This document shows, piece after piece, positions 58,259 through 64,000 of a DNA stretch of 64,000 bases (position 1 is the stretch's first letter; the number at the start of each line of letters is the position of its first letter). The notes beneath the pieces were generated by a model. It did not search any database and was not told the origin of the DNA. It saw only the letters and a program-made list of their open reading frames with translations. The DNA is from Candidatus Omnitrophota bacterium. Its GTDB lineage: Bacteria; Omnitrophota; Gorgyraeia; Zapsychrales; Zapsychraceae. The DNA is taken from the NCBI GenBank assembly GCA_021108075.1, contig JAIORP010000090.1, forward strand, positions 79,828 through 143,827. Direction: 5' to 3'. A program made the translations under genes and the position numbers.

Positions 58259-59611
58259 ATGAAAAAGAATATTTTAGCTTTGCTATTCCTGTTCTTATGG
58301 CCAAACATTTCACACGCTAAAATAGATTTGGTCATTTTACCCACACAGGACAGCGTTCAATTAACGATTTATAATTCAGCGGATTTGACCCTGGTGAAAG
58401 AAACGCGTTTTTTGACATTAAAAGAAGGTTTCAATGAACTGCAGTTTTCGTGGGCCAATACGCTCATTGACCCGACCAGCCTGGAAATATCGTCAAAAAA
58501 GAAAACAGATGTGATAAATGTCCGGTCGTTGAAGTATCCCCCGAAGATAAAAAATGTGGGATTATGGAATATCCATAGTCGCATAAGCGGGCAAGTCCCA
58601 GTGGAAATCAGTTATTTAACCAGCGGATTAAGCTGGCGCGCTTTTTATTCGGGAACATTGACGCCTGATGAAAAAGAAATGAGCTTAAAAGGTTATGTGC
58701 TTGTAACAAACAACAGCGGGGAGGATTATGCTAACGCGCAAGTTCGTTTGATCGTTGGTCAAGTCCACCTGGTTGACCAGATTTCTAGCCTGGCCCTACG
58801 GTCGGCCCCATATTCAACGCCGTATCAGGCCAAAACGGACAGCAATTCGATACACGCCTTTCAGAACGGCCGGGCACTCGATTATGGTGACTATAGCGAT
58901 GTCACGGCGTCGAGATCATTCAAAAAATACAGACGAAAAGCAAAGGCGGTTTTAAAAGAAGGTTTAAGTGAATATTTTTTGTATACGATCGAAGGGCGAG
59001 AAACAATTCCGAATGGTTGGTCAAAACGTTTACCGAGTTTTGATGTTGGTAAAGTGCCCGTGGTCAATTTATATAAATATGAAGAAGAACGTTACGGTTC
59101 TCAGGTCGTTCGTTTTTTGAGTTTCAAAAACGATCAAGACCATCAATTAGGTGCAACTCCGATCCCGGGTGGAATGCTCAAAGTTTTCCGTCATGTCGAT
59201 CAGGAACACCATCTGAGCTATGAAGGACAATCGCGTTTTAAATATATCCCTATCGATGAAGATGTCGAGTTGAATTTAGGTGAAGCAGGCGATGTTGTCG
59301 TAAAGCCTATGTTAATAAATTTTAAAACGGAGAATTATTTGTTTGATCGCTATGGCAATATTAGCGGGTGGGATGAAGTCTATACGTACAAAATTGCGGT
59401 TAAAAACACCAGAGAGGTCCCGGTTAAAATAGAAATAAAGCGCAATTTTAATGTTCAGAAATGGGATGTTCAACATCAAGGTGATTATGGCGCCTTTGAA
59501 GCCATTGATGCGGATACGATCCAATACACTTTAGGAATGCAAAGTCAAGAGAATAAAGAGTTTATGTATATTTTGCGGGTTTTTCAAGGCCGAAGAGGCG
59601 ATGGCGGGTAA
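58259..59611 (+). CDS. Secreted DUF4139-like protein, copy 4
   Basis: Same conserved motifs. Confidence 0.8.
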   Translation: MKKNILALLFLFLWPNISHAKIDLVILPTQDSVQLTIYNSADLTLVKETRFLTLKEGFNELQFSWANTLIDPTSLEISSKKKTDVINVRSLKYPPKIKNVGLWNIHSRISGQVPVEISYLTSGLSWRAFYSGTLTPDEKEMSLKGYVLVTNNSGEDYANAQVRLIVGQVHLVDQISSLALRSAPYSTPYQAKTDSNSIHAFQNGRALDYGDYSDVTASRSFKKYRRKAKAVLKEGLSEYFLYTIEGRETIPNGWSKRLPSFDVGKVPVVNLYKYEEERYGSQVVRFLSFKNDQDHQLGATPIPGGMLKVFRHVDQEHHLSYEGQSRFKYIPIDEDVELNLGEAGDVVVKPMLINFKTENYLFDRYGNISGWDEVYTYKIAVKNTREVPVKIEIKRNFNVQKWDVQHQGDYGAFEAIDADTIQYTLGMQSQENKEFMYILRVFQGRRGDGG

Positions 59612-59648
59612 GTATGATCTGTATGAGTCGTATTATAATAAAAGAAAC

Positions 59649-59677
59649 TTGACTTTTCAAATCAGGACTAGTATACT
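59649..59677 (+). promoter_or_regulatory. Sigma70-type promoter upstream of the carAB leader
   Basis: TTGACT-17 nt-TATACT. Confidence 0.65.
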
Positions 59678-59956
59678 TCATGCAATCAGCGTTAATTTTT
59701 CCATGAATCCTTAATCCTGTACGCAGTATGGTTTCAGGACGAATTCATCGACAAGACGAACGGGCCATATGTGTCTGTCAGTTTTTTTTATAATAAAGAC
59801 TCTTCTTATTTTTTCTTTTTATATTCATTTTTATCTTTTGCGGTTCATATTAATTCTTTATACCTGTTAATAAAAACGTGTCGACCGGATTATTGCAGAT
59901 TTATTAATGTAAACAGTGGGTACGTTAATCACTTGATGTAAACAAATTGCAGTAGA

Positions 59957-61102
59957 ATGAAAAAAGCTATTCTATATCTTGATGACGGTACTTATTTTAT
60001 TGGGCGCTCTTTATCCACAGTTGGAGAATCCGCTGGAGAAGTTATTTTTAATACGTCCATGACCGGTTATCAGGAAATTCTTACCGATCCGTCCTATGCT
60101 GGTCAGATTGTCACGATGACCTACCCCCTCATTGGAAATTACGGTATTAACGACGAAGATATTGAATCCGACAGGGTTCATGTTAATGGATTTGTTGTTA
60201 AGGAGTTTTGCCGGCGTCATTCCAATTATCGAGCAACACAAAGTTTAATCGACTATCTTGATCAAAATAATATATTGGCTGTTGAAGGGATTGACACGCG
60301 GGCGTTAACACGTCATTTACGTGTGCAGGGGACGATTAAAGGCGTCGTTTCAACCGAAGATTTTGATGTCGATGCCCTGGCCGAGAAATTGAAAAAGGTT
60401 CCTGATATGGAAGGCAGCAATTGGGTGAACCACGTCACAACGCAAGAACCGTATATTTGGTTATCCCAAAAGGGTAAAGTGTCTTTTTCGTCGGAAGATG
60501 GTTATGCCTTAAGGAGCAACAATGCCGCGTACAAGGTCGCCGCGATTGATTGCGGGATCAAGTTTAACATTTTACGTATTTTAGAAAATTTAGGCTGTCA
60601 AGTTTATGTTTTTCCCGCGGACAGCTCTTTTGACGATATCATGTCGGTCCATCCTGATGGATTGTTTGTCTCAAACGGACCAGGAGACCCGGCCGCAGTA
60701 ACACCCGTGATTCAAACGGTCAAGGCGTTCATTGGAACGTTGCCCATTTTTGGCATTTGTTTGGGGCATCAAATCCTTGGGTTGGCCCTGGGAGGAAAAA
60801 CCTTTAAGATGAAATTTGGCCATCACGGCGCGAATCATCCTGTTAAGGATTCATTAAACCAGAGAATAGGGATTACATCCCAAAATCACGGGTTTTGCGT
60901 TGACCTAAAAAGTTTTGACCCCTCAGACATTGAGCTTATTAATATAAATTTGAATGACCGGACATTAGAAGGCATTCGTCATAAGAAGCATCCGATCATC
61001 TCATTTCAACATCATCCGGAAGCTTCACCCGGACCCCATGATGTGCAATATTTATTCCATCATTTTGTAACGATGATGGAACAGGCAAAAGTATCAAAAT
61101 GA
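59957..61102 (+). CDS. carA: Carbamoyl-phosphate synthase small subunit
   Basis: FNTSMTGYQE, SNGPGDP, GICLGHQ, SQNHG, QHHPEASPGP. Confidence 0.98.
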   Translation: MKKAILYLDDGTYFIGRSLSTVGESAGEVIFNTSMTGYQEILTDPSYAGQIVTMTYPLIGNYGINDEDIESDRVHVNGFVVKEFCRRHSNYRATQSLIDYLDQNNILAVEGIDTRALTRHLRVQGTIKGVVSTEDFDVDALAEKLKKVPDMEGSNWVNHVTTQEPYIWLSQKGKVSFSSEDGYALRSNNAAYKVAAIDCGIKFNILRILENLGCQVYVFPADSSFDDIMSVHPDGLFVSNGPGDPAAVTPVIQTVKAFIGTLPIFGICLGHQILGLALGGKTFKMKFGHHGANHPVKDSLNQRIGITSQNHGFCVDLKSFDPSDIELININLNDRTLEGIRHKKHPIISFQHHPEASPGPHDVQYLFHHFVTMMEQAKVSK

Positions 61103-61146
61103 TGAACGGAATATTAGTAACGTTTTATAGCAACAGGTAAAGTGTT

Positions 61147-64000
61147 ATGCCACGACGGACAGATATTAAAAAAATTTTAATTGTCGGTGCGGGACCAATC
61201 GTCATCGGACAGGCCTGTGAATTTGATTATTCTGGAACACAAGCTTGTAAGGCATTAAAAGAAGAAGGTTATGAAATTGTTCTGGCGAACTCTAATCCAG
61301 CGACGATCATGACAGATCCTGAATTTTCTGATCACACATATATTGAGCCGCTAACGCCAGAATATATTGAAGCCATCATAGCCAAAGAAAAACCCTGTGC
61401 CATTTTACCGACACTGGGCGGGCAAACGGCACTTAATATCGCCATGAAGTTAAAAGAGAATGGGGTCTTGGATAAATATCATGTGAGAATGATTGGAGCC
61501 AATTATGAGGTGATCAAGAAAGCCGAAGACAGAGAGTGCTTTAAGGCAGCGATCCAGAAAATCGGCTTGGATGTTCCTCTCAGCGCATTTGCGTATAACA
61601 TTGGACAAGCCCGTCAAGCGGCGAAAGATATAGGGTTTCCCGTTATTATTCGCTCCAGTTACACCTTGGGAGGTACGGGTGGCGGATTCGCTTTTAATGC
61701 AGATGAATTTGAGAAAGTCGCAGCGCGTGGATTAGAAAGCAGTATGAATAGTGAAATCCTGATTGAAGAATCGATCATTGGCTGGAAAGAATACGAGCTG
61801 GAAGTGATGCGTGATAACAGGGATAACGTGGTGATTGTTTGTTCGATTGAGAACCTTGACCCCATGGGTATCCATACCGGGGATAGCATCACGGTCGCGC
61901 CTGCTCAAACCTTAACGGACAAAGAGTATCAGGTTATGCGCAATGCCTCTTTAGCCATTATTAGAGAGATTGGGGTTGAAACAGGTGGATCAAACATTCA
62001 ATTCGCCGTTAATCCCGAAGATGGCCGTATGGTTGTTATCGAAATGAACCCGCGCGTTTCACGGAGCTCTGCCCTGGCAAGTAAAGCTACAGGTTTTCCC
62101 ATTGCTAAATTTGCTGCTAAATTAGCGGTAGGCTATTCTCTCGACGAGATCCAAAATGACATTACGCAAGAAACACCGGCCTCTTTTGAGCCGAGCATTG
62201 ATTATTGTGTTGTTAAGGTCCCCCGATTCACTTTTGAGAAATTTCCAGAGGCCAGGGACGTTTTAGGTGTTCAGATGAAGTCTGTCGGAGAAACAATGGC
62301 GATAGGCAGAACCTTTAAGGAAGCGTTGCAAAAAGGTCTGCGTGGTTTAGAAATTGGGCATATCGGGTTTGATAATAAGCAAAACTTTCAGGATATCTCA
62401 GAAGAGAAAGTCATGCGCCGTTTGTCTGAGCCAAACGCTTCTCGTATTTTTTATTTAAAATATGCCATGCAAAAAGGATGGCATATTGACAAGATCGCTG
62501 AGATTTCAAGAATTGATCCGTGGTTTCTTTATCATTTGAAACAACTGCTCGATGCCGAGCAGGAGCTTATAGAAACAGCAGCGGCAGGAAACGAATTGTC
62601 TGATGAACAATTGCGGCAAGCTAAAGAATATGGATTTAGCGACGCTCAGTTGGGGAAAATTTTTAATCAGACAGAACTCCACATTCGGGAAAAGCGTAAG
62701 CAGAGGGGAATCGTTGCGACCTATAAACTGGTCGACACATGTGCCGCTGAGTTTGAAGCCTACACGCCGTATTTTTATTCGACTTATGAAACAGAAGATG
62801 AGGCGAGGATTCAAATCGATAAGATTAGAGAAAATTCGGCAACTCAACCGAAAAAGATTATGATCTTAGGTGGGGGGCCGAATCGGATCGGCCAGGGGAT
62901 AGAGTTTGATTATTGCTGCTGTCATGCCTCCTTCGCTTTAAAAGAGATGGGTTTTGAAACAATCATGGTTAACTCCAACCCGGAAACGGTATCTACGGAT
63001 TATGATATTTCTGATCGATTGTACTTTGAACCACTCACGTATGAAGATGTTATGAATATTGTTGACGTTGAAAAACCGGATGGTGTGATTGTTCAGTTCG
63101 GTGGTCAAACACCCCTTAATTTAGCCCGTCGATTATCAGAGGCGGGTGTTCCGATCATCGGCACGAGTGTTGATAATATCGAATTAGCGGAAAACCGGGA
63201 AAAATTTGCGGCGTTGATTGATCAATTGGGCCTTGCCCAACCGGACAATGGTTCTGCTTTTTCGGCGGAGGATGCGATTGAAATAGCTCAACGGGTCGGC
63301 TATCCTGTCCTGGCGCGTCCTTCATTTGTCTTGGGTGGACGTGCGATGAAAATTGTATACGATGAAGACTCTTTGGTTTCTTTTATCGATGAGGCGAAAG
63401 ATGTCTCAGGGGGCCACCCGATCCTGATTGATAAATTTATTAATGACGCGATTGAGATTGATGTCGACGCCATCGGTGATGGTGAAGATACGTTTGTCGC
63501 CGGGATTATGGAACACATTGAAAACGCGGGCATCCATTCCGGGGATTCGGCGTGTACGCTTCCACCCCCAACCATCAGCGAAGACATTTTAAATGTAATT
63601 AAAAAACAAACATGCCAAGTCGCCAGGGCTTTAAACGTCATTGGCCTGATTAATATCCAGTTTGCCGTCAAGGGATCCAAGGTTTTTATCCTTGAAGTCA
63701 ATCCACGAGCCTCGCGGACCGTTCCTTTTGTCAGTAAGTCGACAGGAATTCCATTAGCAAAGATTGCCGCAAAAATTATGGCGGGCGATAAATTGTCGCA
63801 ATTTGATGTTTCTTCTTACAACATTGAAAATTTGACGCATTACTCTGTGAAGGAATCCGTCCTACCGTTTTCAAAATTTTCAGGGGTCGACATTGTGCTG
63901 GGTCCTGAAATGAAATCAACAGGTGAGGTCATGGGGATTGCCGCAACGTTTGGTGAGGCTTTTGCTCGTTCCCAGATAAGTGCGAATGCAAGTTTACCGC
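61147..64000 (+). CDS. carB: Carbamoyl-phosphate synthase large subunit (runs off window end)
   Basis: Translated by hand: [30 protein letters not shown]..., later [13 protein letters not shown] and [12 protein letters not shown]. Confidence 0.97.
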   Translation, partial: MPRRTDIKKILIVGAGPIVIGQACEFDYSGTQACKALKEEGYEIVLANSNPATIMTDPEFSDHTYIEPLTPEYIEAIIAKEKPCAILPTLGGQTALNIAMKLKENGVLDKYHVRMIGANYEVIKKAEDRECFKAAIQKIGLDVPLSAFAYNIGQARQAAKDIGFPVIIRSSYTLGGTGGGFAFNADEFEKVAARGLESSMNSEILIEESIIGWKEYELEVMRDNRDNVVIVCSIENLDPMGIHTGDSITVAPAQTLTDKEYQVMRNASLAIIREIGVETGGSNIQFAVNPEDGRMVVIEMNPRVSRSSALASKATGFPIAKFAAKLAVGYSLDEIQNDITQETPASFEPSIDYCVVKVPRFTFEKFPEARDVLGVQMKSVGETMAIGRTFKEALQKGLRGLEIGHIGFDNKQNFQDISEEKVMRRLSEPNASRIFYLKYAMQKGWHIDKIAEISRIDPWFLYHLKQLLDAEQELIETAAAGNELSDEQLRQAKEYGFSDAQLGKIFNQTELHIREKRKQRGIVATYKLVDTCAAEFEAYTPYFYSTYETEDEARIQIDKIRENSATQPKKIMILGGGPNRIGQGIEFDYCCCHASFALKEMGFETIMVNSNPETVSTDYDISDRLYFEPLTYEDVMNIVDVEKPDGVIVQFGGQTPLNLARRLSEAGVPIIGTSVDNIELAENREKFAALIDQLGLAQPDNGSAFSAEDAIEIAQRVGYPVLARPSFVLGGRAMKIVYDEDSLVSFIDEAKDVSGGHPILIDKFINDAIEIDVDAIGDGEDTFVAGIMEHIENAGIHSGDSACTLPPPTISEDILNVIKKQTCQVARALNVIGLINIQFAVKGSKVFILEVNPRASRTVPFVSKSTGIPLAKIAAKIMAGDKLSQFDVSSYNIENLTHYSVKESVLPFSKFSGVDIVLGPEMKSTGEVMGIAATFGEAFARSQISANASLP

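Noticed and set aside
59728-59793. Possible Arg-containing leader peptide before carA
   Set aside because: Only three scattered Arg codons, no SD, and it reads through the terminator.
60011-60019. DnaA box TTATCCACA
   Set aside because: Single copy inside the carA coding sequence.
554-63701. Numerous short minus-strand and alternate-frame ORFs in the ORF track
   Set aside because: They overlap well-supported genes or tRNAs, lack motifs and SD sites, and are typical shadow ORFs.

Overview
A 64-kb bacterial chromosomal segment in which every credible gene is on the + strand. It begins in the origin-proximal yidC-jag-parS-parA-parB block and ends inside carB. The diderm gene content (TonB receptor, Lnt) and shortened ThrS, PheT, GluRS and Jag suggest an uncultured lineage such as Ca. 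Omnitrophota; this is inference and needs marker phylogeny. Most genes are housekeeping, plus 4 tRNAs, a probable 6S RNA and a CIRCE site before clpB. The most notable accessory locus is at about 36.4-47.3 kb: TonB-dependent receptor, orphan peptide-binding protein, an unannotated 36-aa CCW-containing precursor peptide, radical SAM/SPASM maturase, dCache histidine kinase, AraC-type response regulator and two hybrid kinases. A near-identical 24-bp operator with the same promoter spacing lies upstream of both the precursor operon and the regulator, which suggests a RiPP-based autoinducing signalling circuit. Other highlights: a fused N-acyltransferase-ThiF enzyme, a tandem array of five DUF4139-like secreted proteins (four with a hypervariable central loop), a family of about 100-bp TA-bounded MITE-like elements with co-varying ends, and an EndoQ-like/UvrD pair both ending in beta-clamp motifs. 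All assignments come from reading motifs by eye; no searches were run.
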